Shown here piece after piece: positions 10,217-18,232 of a DNA stretch of 64,000 nucleotides. Location: NCBI GenBank assembly GCA_964641575.1, contig CAZXMP010000006.1:1627-65626 (forward strand), in the 5' to 3' direction. Position numbers and translations under genes: made by a program. Each line of letters opens with the position of its first letter. The first letter of the stretch is position 1. The notes below the pieces were generated by a model. The model ran no database searches, was not told the DNA's origin, and worked only from the letters and a program-made list of their open reading frames with translations. This DNA is from an uncultured Chitinophaga sp. GTDB lineage: Bacteria; Bacteroidota; Bacteroidia; Chitinophagales; Chitinophagaceae.

Positions 10217-10990
10217 ATGTCTTCTATCCTTTTCGAAATAAAAAACTCTATCGGTTTTATTACTTTAAACCGGCCTGATAAACTCAATTCTTTCAACCGT
10301 GAGATGGCATTACTGATGCAAGCTGCGTTAGAAGAATGTATTAAACCTAAAGTTCGCTGTGTTTATATAACCGGTGCAAGTAAAGCATTTAGTGCCGGGC
10401 AAGATTTAGCAGAAGTTGTAGATCCCAACGGGCCGGGGATGCAAAGGATATTGAGTGAGCATTATAATCCCATTGTAATAAAAATAAGAGAATTAAAAAA
10501 GCCAGTTGTAGCAGCTGTTAATGGTGTAGCCGCAGGTGCCGGTGCTAATATTGCTTTGTGTTGCGATATATGCGTGGCAAAAGAATCGGCCAGTTTTATC
10601 CAGGCTTTTTCTAAAATTGGTTTAATACCCGATAGCGGGGGTACTTTTTTTCTTCCTAAATTAATTGGCTGGCAAAAAGCATCTGCATCAATGATGCTAG
10701 GCGATAAAATAGATGCTGCTACTGCAGAAAGCTGGGGTATGATCTATAAATATTTTGCCGATAATGTTTTTGAAGTAGAAGCATTAAAGATTGCTGAAAC
10801 ATTGGCCGCTATGCCCACTACCGGCTTGGCACTAACAAAACAAGCATTGCAATGGGGTTTTACTCACACAATGTACGAGCAACTTCAAAATGAAGATAAG
10901 CTACAACAAAGAGCAGCACAAACTGCCGATTATAAAGAAGGAGTGCAGGCATTCCTGGAAAAGAGACAACCCAATTTCAAAGGCGAATAG
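10217..10990 (+). CDS. paaG: 2-(1,2-epoxy-1,2-dihydrophenyl)acetyl-CoA isomerase (crotonase family)
   Basis: LNRPDKLNSFN, FSAGQDL, VNGVAAGAGANIAL, GLIPDSGGT. Start ATG 10217. Confidence 0.88.
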   Translation: MSSILFEIKNSIGFITLNRPDKLNSFNREMALLMQAALEECIKPKVRCVYITGASKAFSAGQDLAEVVDPNGPGMQRILSEHYNPIVIKIRELKKPVVAAVNGVAAGAGANIALCCDICVAKESASFIQAFSKIGLIPDSGGTFFLPKLIGWQKASASMMLGDKIDAATAESWGMIYKYFADNVFEVEALKIAETLAAMPTTGLALTKQALQWGFTHTMYEQLQNEDKLQQRAAQTADYKEGVQAFLEKRQPNFKGE

Positions 10991-11019
10991 CCGGTTGATT
11001 TTTTGATTAATCAATTTAT

Positions 11020-11460
11020 ATGAAAAACGAAAAAGACAAACTTGCCAACGAAGTCGTTTCACACATGATGAAAAACGATTTATTCAGTCAATGGCTGGGA
11101 ATAGAAGTACTGGAGATAAAAGAGGGATACAGTAAAATAAAAATGACGGTCCGAAAAGAAATGATCAATGGTTTTGGCATTGTACATGGCGGCATAGCAT
11201 TCTCCCTAGCCGATAGTGCTTTTGCATTTGCCTGCAACAACAGAAATGTTTTATCTGTTGCATTAGACACTTCTATCAATTTTGTTAAGCCGGTTCATGT
11301 AGATGATATATTAATTGCAGAAGCTAAAGAATTACATAATGGAAAGTCAACCGGATTGTACCATATTAATATTACCAACCAGAAAGAGCATTTGATTGCA
11401 CAGTTTAAAGGCTTGTGCTATCGCACAGATAAAGAGTTAATAAGAAAAGAAGGTATATAA
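11020..11460 (+). CDS. paaI: Hotdog-fold phenylacetyl-CoA thioesterase
   Basis: NGFGIVHGGIAFSLADSAFAFACN. Confidence 0.9.
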   Translation: MKNEKDKLANEVVSHMMKNDLFSQWLGIEVLEIKEGYSKIKMTVRKEMINGFGIVHGGIAFSLADSAFAFACNNRNVLSVALDTSINFVKPVHVDDILIAEAKELHNGKSTGLYHINITNQKEHLIAQFKGLCYRTDKELIRKEGI

Positions 11461-11961
11461 AGTAAATACAGTTAACACCTAAACCCCTATACTATGGGAC
11501 AGGAAAACTTTGGATTTGAGGAGCTGGAACTTTGGAAAAGAGTAAGAGAGTTTAAAAACGAAGTAAGAAAAATTTCAAAAGTGTTTCCTGCCGATGAAAA
11601 ATTCAGACTTACAGATCAACTCATCCGCAGCTCTCGTTCTATTAATGCGCTGATTACAGAAGGGCACGGAAGATTTACTTACCCCGACCAGATACATTAT
11701 TGTGTACAAGCGAGGGGCTCACTAACTGAAACAATTAATCATCTGATTGATGCTTTTGATGAAGGATACATTACAGCAGAGCAATTAAATGAGATGAAAC
11801 AAAAAGGAAAAGAATTAGAACGAATTTTAAATGGCTATCTCATATTTCTACGGAAAAAAAGAGATGAACCAAAGGCAGGTAAATAGGGTATAGCAGGTAC
11901 AGCAACTATATACATCACTTTATATACCCTATTAACCTTATCCACTTTTTACTTTATATAC
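11452..11961. repeat. Inverted repeats enclosing the four-helix-bundle gene
   Basis: GTATATAAAGTAAA (11453-11466) is the reverse complement of TTTACTTTATATAC (11948-11961). A second partial arm ACTTTATATACC lies at 11917-11928, and a local hairpin pairs 11882-11892 with 11923-11933. Confidence 0.8.
11494..11886 (+). CDS. Four-helix-bundle protein (23S-rRNA-IVP/Avd-like family)
   Basis: FEELELWK...FPADEKFRLTDQLIRSSRSINALITEGHGR...ARGSLTET. Confidence 0.9.
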   Translation: MGQENFGFEELELWKRVREFKNEVRKISKVFPADEKFRLTDQLIRSSRSINALITEGHGRFTYPDQIHYCVQARGSLTETINHLIDAFDEGYITAEQLNEMKQKGKELERILNGYLIFLRKKRDEPKAGK

Positions 11962-11967
11962 TTATAT

Positions 11968-12561
11968 ATGTTCTACGAATTCAAAGGAATCAAACCCGTT
12001 GTTCATGAATCATCTTTCGTACATCCACAAGCTGCTGTAACAGGCAATGTAATAATTGGTAAGGATTGCTATATCGGCCCCGGCGCAGCATTGCGGGGAG
12101 ATTGGGGTCAAATTATTTTAGAAGACGGATGCAATGTGCAGGAAAATTGTACCATACATATGTTTCCAGGCATTACTGTATTATTAAAAGAAGGTGCACA
12201 TATTGGTCATGGTGCTATAATACATGGTGCCACAATTGGTAAAAATTGCCTGGTCGGTATGAATGCTGTAATAATGGATAATGTGCAGTTAGGTGATGAA
12301 AGTATCATAGGGGCATTAACCCTGGTTAAAGAAGGTGAAATAATTCCTGCCAGAAGTGTAGTAGCCGGTAATCCCGGAAAAATTATTAAAGAAGTCAGCA
12401 ATGAAATGCTGAATTGGAAAACAGAAGGAACAAAGCTATACCAGCAGTTACCCGCAGAATGCCGCAACTCATTAAAAATTTGCGAGCCGTTACCTACTGA
12501 TACCATTTTAAACAGAAAAGCCTCTGAATCAGCCTATAAAAGCTGGAAAAAAGGTCAATAA
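11968..12561 (+). CDS. paaY: Hexapeptide-repeat (gamma-carbonic-anhydrase-like) protein PaaY
   Basis: PVVHESSFVHPQAAVTGNVIIG...LRGDWG...IGHGAIIHG; paa context. Confidence 0.85.
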   Translation: MFYEFKGIKPVVHESSFVHPQAAVTGNVIIGKDCYIGPGAALRGDWGQIILEDGCNVQENCTIHMFPGITVLLKEGAHIGHGAIIHGATIGKNCLVGMNAVIMDNVQLGDESIIGALTLVKEGEIIPARSVVAGNPGKIIKEVSNEMLNWKTEGTKLYQQLPAECRNSLKICEPLPTDTILNRKASESAYKSWKKGQ

Positions 12562-12628
12562 TACGATCTGTCAATCAGCTTATTGTAGCGAGACAACTAC
12601 AAATTTTTTAAAAAAAATCTACAAAAGC

Positions 12629-12659
12629 TTGCAGAAGTAAAAACACGGAGTTACTTTCG
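12629..12659 (+). promoter_or_regulatory. Predicted sigma-70-type promoter of the first T9SS cargo gene
   Basis: TTG(CA) -33 element and TACTTTCG -7 element; a similar layout occurs at about 15395-15425. Confidence 0.5.
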
Positions 12660-12716
12660 TTCTCCCAATTACAAATTCCACTCCTCCAAAAAGACCATAG
12701 AATTAAGTTCCAAACT

Positions 12717-12814
12717 TATTCCTCGTTGAACCACTGAGTCTTACATCCTGTTGATACACCTTACTAAAAATCTATTCCTCTAGTTGAAACTCTGAGTCTC
12801 AAATCCTATTGATA
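12717..12814 (+). repeat. Two imperfect ~40-nt direct repeats in the predicted 5' leader
   Basis: 12717-12756 versus 12773-12814, 35 of 40 aligned positions identical by eye. Confidence 0.8.
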
Positions 12815-12882
12815 TGCCGTTCCAATTCTTCTAAAGCCCAACGGTTTAGGATTTACTATTTATAACATAAAAATCTCAGAGC

Positions 12883-15033
12883 ATGAAAAAATTTACTTAT
12901 TCTTTACTGATCGCTTTTGCAGCGATATTATTTTCGGGAACAGCCTTTGGCCAGATTACAACCGTTGGGACTGCAACAACTGCTTCCTCAACAACTGGTT
13001 CAATTACAATTAGCAAACCAACGGGCATACAAGTTGGTGATTTAATGATTGCATCCATTGTGGAAAGTGAAGCTTCTGGCGGAACTGACCTTGGTAGTTC
13101 AAATGGCTTAACTGGTTGGACTTTAATGAGCGAAGGAACATTAGCTGGAACCAATCCAGAATTTTATGGCTATGCGTTTTATAAAATTGCTGTTTTAGCA
13201 GATGTAACGACCAGTGATTATACTTTTGATCTGGATGGTTCTAATAATGCAGCGTCTGGAAGTATTATTGCTTTTAGGGGAGTTAATAACACTACTCCTT
13301 TTGACATAACACCAAGCGCCTCGCTTGCAGGCGTAAATACAGATAATAGTTTATCTCCTTCTGCAATTTCGCCGATATCGGCCAATACTGCTGTAGTAAT
13401 GCTTGGTTTTGTTGGTTTAAATACAGGATCCGCTAATATTTTTAGCGGTTGGAATACCACAAGTCCAGGTGCCTTAACTGAACTTGTTGACTTTGGTGCA
13501 ACCGCTACAAGAGGAAGAGGTGTAGGAGCTGCTTGGGCTACAAAAGCAAGTACCGGGACTACAGGTCCAACAGGTACAGCTACACTAGCTGGAAACTATG
13601 CTAATGGGTCTTTATTGATTGCTTTAAGACCCTTTATAGATCCTGTTCCAAATCCAAACTTATGGTCAGTATCAGGCACAGGTGATCTTAGAAAATATAC
13701 CATGGATCCAATAGCAGGTACTTTGTTAGCTGGTCCTGCAACGGTTGTTACTCCGTTAACTTCTACTGCCGCTGTAGCCAAAAATCAAATTACACCTAGT
13801 GATGTTAATGGTTGTATATACTATCTTGACAGAGACGATGATGACACAAAAAATGGTGTAGTTACTATTTATTCTTTACGTCCTGATGGTACCGGCCATG
13901 GTAGCAGAGGCACTATCGATATGAACGGTGCCGCAAATACTAGCGACTTTAGTTTTGTACGCCTTGGTTTTGATGCGTTGGGCAGAGGATGGATTTTAGC
14001 TGGTACTGGTGGCACTATCTACATTGCCTCATTCCAGGGTAATGGTGTAAATGCAATCAGCGGTGTAAATACTTTCGGAAATGCTACTTTAAATGTTGCA
14101 GCTCCCGGTCAGGCTACAGATTTCCAAAATGGTGATTTAGCTATTACTGCTAATGGTACCATGTACGCTGTTGCTAACGTAACAGATGGAGAAACTTATG
14201 TGTATGTATTGAACTCTCTTAACACCCCAACTACTCTTTCCCGCAAGTGGACAGTACAACAAGGTGGTAACACTTTCTCCGGTAGTGTAAATGGTTTAGC
14301 GTGGACACAATCAGGTTCATTGCATTTTTCTACCAGCACAGGTATATATTTTATCGACCAGTTTACTGCAAACACTGCTTCGGGTACAGTTCAGGCAACT
14401 TTAGTTGCTAACACAGGTGGCTTGTCATTAACTGACCTTGGCTCCGATAGATTCCCAACTCAAACAACTTTACCTGTTGACCTGATCAGCTTTGCCGGTG
14501 CATACAGCAACCAGAAAACAAACCTTAACTGGGTAACTGAAAACTTACAGGACTTTGATCGTTTTGAAGTTGAGCGCAGCACAGACGGAAATAATTATAT
14601 TACTGTAGGTACAAAAGCTCCGGTACAAACTGCAGCAAGAACTACTTACTTACATACAGATGATTTATCTGCTGTAAATGGTACTGTATTCTACTATCGT
14701 CTTAAAATGATAGACCTGAACGGACAGTTCAAATACAGCAATGTAATATTGGTACGTAAAGAAAGTAACGTAAAGGGTATCCGCATCAACCCGAACCCGG
14801 TTGTAACGGGTGGTGTTGCTACTTTACGTTTTGAAGCAAGTGCTAAAGGCGTTGTAGAATTCCGAATAGTTGATATGGCGGGTCGCATAGTGTTGAGGCA
14901 GCAGAATAATGTTGCAGAAGGTATCAACAGCGTTCCGGTTAACAGCCTTGATCGTTTGCAACCTGGTACATACATCTTGCAAATGAATGATGGTACGGCA
15001 ATACAATCAACCAAGTTCATCGTAGCACAATAA
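12883..15033 (+). CDS. T9SS type-A secreted protein (N-terminal beta-rich domain, propeller-like middle, sorting domain)
   Basis: Signal peptide; TLPVDLISF...FYYRLKMID...INPNPV...LQPGTYILQM C-terminus. Confidence 0.85.
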   Translation: MKKFTYSLLIAFAAILFSGTAFGQITTVGTATTASSTTGSITISKPTGIQVGDLMIASIVESEASGGTDLGSSNGLTGWTLMSEGTLAGTNPEFYGYAFYKIAVLADVTTSDYTFDLDGSNNAASGSIIAFRGVNNTTPFDITPSASLAGVNTDNSLSPSAISPISANTAVVMLGFVGLNTGSANIFSGWNTTSPGALTELVDFGATATRGRGVGAAWATKASTGTTGPTGTATLAGNYANGSLLIALRPFIDPVPNPNLWSVSGTGDLRKYTMDPIAGTLLAGPATVVTPLTSTAAVAKNQITPSDVNGCIYYLDRDDDDTKNGVVTIYSLRPDGTGHGSRGTIDMNGAANTSDFSFVRLGFDALGRGWILAGTGGTIYIASFQGNGVNAISGVNTFGNATLNVAAPGQATDFQNGDLAITANGTMYAVANVTDGETYVYVLNSLNTPTTLSRKWTVQQGGNTFSGSVNGLAWTQSGSLHFSTSTGIYFIDQFTANTASGTVQATLVANTGGLSLTDLGSDRFPTQTTLPVDLISFAGAYSNQKTNLNWVTENLQDFDRFEVERSTDGNNYITVGTKAPVQTAARTTYLHTDDLSAVNGTVFYYRLKMIDLNGQFKYSNVILVRKESNVKGIRINPNPVVTGGVATLRFEASAKGVVEFRIVDMAGRIVLRQQNNVAEGINSVPVNSLDRLQPGTYILQMNDGTAIQSTKFIVAQ

Positions 15034-15044
15034 TATTTCAATAT

Positions 15045-15076
15045 AAAAGGGATGGGTTTCTCCATCCCTTTTTTTC
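15045..15076 (+). terminator. Intrinsic terminator
   Basis: AAAAGGGATGG-gtttct-CCATCCCTTTT plus T run. Confidence 0.85.
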
Positions 15077-15166
15077 TTTTCATTTTTATTTATAGCACTG
15101 CCCTTAGGGGATAACCTTATCGAAGATTCAGTTATATATGGATAAATGAAAGACTGATAGATGATA

Positions 15167-15231
15167 CATGCTCAGGGTTTTTATACCTTGAACCCCTCTG
15201 GCCCATGCGGAGGGGTTTTTTTATTTACCCG
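15167..15231 (+). ncRNA. Candidate small RNA, copy 1 (seed plus intrinsic terminator); 5' end unknown
   Basis: 65-nt block nearly identical to 18001-18066. Ends in an AACCCCTC...GAGGGGTT hairpin plus T7. Lies between the upstream terminator and the downstream promoter. Confidence 0.5.
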
Positions 15232-15638
15232 TATAGCCATACCGGAGGCGTAGTTGCCTTAGCGAATTCGGATTTTCCGAAGCCTTAACAAAGTAGGTTT
15301 ACCCCATGAAACTTTAGCCAGAAGTTTTTTGTTCACCCTTTTATAGCGATTCAAAAAAAAGATTAAACTTTTTTTAAAAAATCGTAAATCTACCTTGCAG
15401 GTATTACGTTGGGTTTTTACTTTTACATCACTTCAGAATTCGTACCTATACAAGAGCCACATTTAATCAGCGTCCTTAGTACGCATCCACCCTTTCTACT
15501 GTAAAACCCCTTAAGAGTTTTTATTTTTTAATTACCCATATCGGGTCCAATCCTGCATAAAGCCAACGGTTTATTATCCATCCGCTAAAACCACCACGGT
15601 TACGGAGTTATTTATTTTTTAATTATAAACCATTGAGC

Positions 15639-17861
15639 ATGAAAAAAATTATTTATTTAAAAGGATTTCTTTCCTTACTATTTGCTATAATAGCAAATCT
15701 GTTGTTTTCGCAAACAATTACTTTTACTTCCCCTGTATCGGGTTCAACAACAAATGTTACTAACGGTAGCAATCTTTCTATAACAGCTGAAAGAACTACT
15801 GCGAGTTGGAACGGCGGAAACAGCAACTGGACTTTTAATTTTAATGTTGTTTCAGGACCAGTAGGTGGGGTAAGCCTTTCTCCTGATCCTATTTCAGGAA
15901 ATAATATTGAAGAAGCAACAACAACGGCTACTTTCTCAATTATTGGTACTTATGTTATAAGCTGTACGGTGAATGAAAATGGCGGTGGCGAGACCCATAC
16001 TACTAGCACAGGGAACAATATTACCATAAATGTGGTAGCACCTGTACCACTTACTCCTATCGGTTGTAACGGCCAGTTTTATGTTAGCTATGGGCCAACT
16101 TCTGGTGCAAACGGTAACACACTTCTGAATAAACTTACATTTGCTGGTAGCAATTTATCAGCATCTTCTTTCCCGGTTAATCCAGGAAGCATGGGCTTTA
16201 ATTCAATGGGCTTAAATCCAATTGACGGATATATTTACGCTGTACGCTATCCAGCTGGTGGAGGCAAATCCCGCTTAATAAGAATTGGCAATGGATTACC
16301 AAATCAGGTTGATTTGGGTGAAATAGCAGCACTCAACACAGGTGAGATTTCTTACTCAGGTTGTTTTGATGAAAACGGGGATTACTATTTTACTACAAAC
16401 TCAGGCACTGGTTCTGGAAGATTGATGAGAATAACAAATGCCAATCTTGCAGCAAGAACCGCTACACAGATTGCAGCCAGCGGTTTCACTAGTATATATG
16501 ATATCGCAATCAATCCTGTTAATGGACAGATGTATGCCACTAATTCAAGTACCGGTGCAAATTTCCTTGCTACTGTAAACAAAGCAACTGGCGCAATTAC
16601 GACCATAGCTGGTGGTAATGCAGGAGGTAATTTCTTTGCAGGCCTGTTCTTTGATGAAGTGGGCGAATTGTATGGTTACAGGGCGAACGGCTCCTTCTTC
16701 CAAATCAATAAAACCACAGCGGCTCTTTCTGCAGCAGGAAGTGGTGCCGCTTATTCCGGAGCCGATGGCTGTAGCTGTAGCTTTGGCCGTGTGTTTCATG
16801 ACCTGGATTTTACGCTGAATCCGAGCAACCAAATTTGTCCCAGCCAAATGAACCCTACATTCCCGTTCCCGCTAACTGTTTCTGTAACGAATGAATCAAG
16901 CAGTCAACAAACTGGTCTTACATATACCCTTGATATTTCCGACCCTGCTAAAAGACTTGTGTTTACAGAAAGCAGTGCTACCATAAAAGCAAATTTTATT
17001 ACAGCCGGACTTGCTACTGTTGCCTCAACAGTAACACTTTCATCGGCCACCCCTGGCGATCCAATCAATAAATTGGTTATTACAGGTTTTCAAACTGGTG
17101 GAGCTGATGCAACTTTAAGCGCCGTATTACAGGTAGCTGTAGCAACATTGGGAGGCACCTATCTTCCTGTTCCTATTCAATCTGAAATTACCGGGCTAGA
17201 TCCTGTGTTTGGTGGTAACGATTTATCGAACGACCCGACTTCCATTCCTCCGGATGATGCTACGGTAATTACTTTCTGCCCGAACATTACACTTCCGGTA
17301 ACCTTGTTAAGTTTTGGTGGCAACTTAAATAACAATACTGCACAACTTGATTGGAGCGCAGAAAATCAAATCAATTTCTCGTTCTATTCAATTGAGCGTA
17401 GCATAAACGGTGTTGACTTTAAAAATGTAGGTACACAAGCCGGTCTGGGTACCAATACAAGCAGAGAGCAATACCAATTTACTGAAGACCTTTCTGCGGA
17501 ACATTCTAATATATTCCTCTATCGCCTTAAAATGGTTGATGTAGATGGTACTTTCAAATACAGCAATGTAATTGTACTCAAGAGGGATGAAGGTGCTACA
17601 CCGGGTATCAGAATTAACCCGAACCCATTAGTAAGAGGTGGCCAGGTTTCAGTTGTATTTAATTCTCCAAAAAAGAATACGGTTGACTTTAAAGTAATTG
17701 ATATGTCTGGTCGCATAGTAGCAACGCAGCGCAGTAATGTAGCTGAAGGAGCTAACAGTGTTGCTATCACCAGTCTTGATAAACTACAACCGGGCACTTA
17801 CGTATTGCAAATGAACGATGGTATTGCAATACAAACAGCTAAGTTCGTAGTAGCTAAATAA
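15639..17861 (+). CDS. T9SS type-A secreted protein (Ig-like plus propeller-like domains), paralogous C-terminus to 12883-15033
   Basis: Start ATG 15639; signal peptide; TLPVTLLSF...FLYRLKMVD...INPNPL...LQPGTYVLQM. Confidence 0.85.
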   Translation: MKKIIYLKGFLSLLFAIIANLLFSQTITFTSPVSGSTTNVTNGSNLSITAERTTASWNGGNSNWTFNFNVVSGPVGGVSLSPDPISGNNIEEATTTATFSIIGTYVISCTVNENGGGETHTTSTGNNITINVVAPVPLTPIGCNGQFYVSYGPTSGANGNTLLNKLTFAGSNLSASSFPVNPGSMGFNSMGLNPIDGYIYAVRYPAGGGKSRLIRIGNGLPNQVDLGEIAALNTGEISYSGCFDENGDYYFTTNSGTGSGRLMRITNANLAARTATQIAASGFTSIYDIAINPVNGQMYATNSSTGANFLATVNKATGAITTIAGGNAGGNFFAGLFFDEVGELYGYRANGSFFQINKTTAALSAAGSGAAYSGADGCSCSFGRVFHDLDFTLNPSNQICPSQMNPTFPFPLTVSVTNESSSQQTGLTYTLDISDPAKRLVFTESSATIKANFITAGLATVASTVTLSSATPGDPINKLVITGFQTGGADATLSAVLQVAVATLGGTYLPVPIQSEITGLDPVFGGNDLSNDPTSIPPDDATVITFCPNITLPVTLLSFGGNLNNNTAQLDWSAENQINFSFYSIERSINGVDFKNVGTQAGLGTNTSREQYQFTEDLSAEHSNIFLYRLKMVDVDGTFKYSNVIVLKRDEGATPGIRINPNPLVRGGQVSVVFNSPKKNTVDFKVIDMSGRIVATQRSNVAEGANSVAITSLDKLQPGTYVLQMNDGIAIQTAKFVVAK

Positions 17862-17885
17862 TACTTTTTTAAAATACACTAATAT

Positions 17886-17914
17886 GGGGATGGCCTTGTG
17901 TCATCCCCTCTTTT
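17886..17914 (+). terminator. Intrinsic terminator
   Basis: GGGGATGG-ccttgtg-TCATCCCC followed by TCTTTT. Confidence 0.7.
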
Positions 17915-18000
17915 CCAGCCTCAACATAGTACCCTGTTCTTATAATAAAGTAGGGAGTTGCTAACAGACGAATAATATTATGATTAGTAAATCAGACGAT

Positions 18001-18066
18001 CATGCTCAGGGTTTTTAGACCTTGAACCCCTCTGGCCCATGCGGAGGGGTTTTTTTTATTTACCCG
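18001..18066 (+). ncRNA. Candidate small RNA, copy 2
   Basis: Differs from 15167-15231 by one substitution and one extra T. Confidence 0.5.
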
Positions 18067-18232
18067 CCCAAGCCTTACCGAAGCCAAATTACCCAAAACC
18101 CCTACGAGGGCAACTTATCCTCCGGGCTCCAACGGCTAGTTTCACCCACCAAAACCACCCATAAAAATTTCTTTTTGCAGCCGCCAAATAGTTGTAATTT
18201 AATTGTTGCTTAATAATCTAAAACCTTAGTAT

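Noticed and set aside
11494-17861. Diversity-generating retroelement (Avd-like gene near two similar gene tails resembling TR/VR)
   Set aside because: No reverse transcriptase in the window, both repeats are coding, and their differences are not restricted to adenines.
15168-18025. Leader peptides MLRVFIP and MLRVFRP within the duplicated element (attenuator model)
   Set aside because: The 7-codon ORFs are real and GGGUU could pair with the terminator's AACCC arm. However, the downstream genes appear to have their own promoters 120-170 nt past the terminator and there is no informative codon run. Not excluded, but not called.
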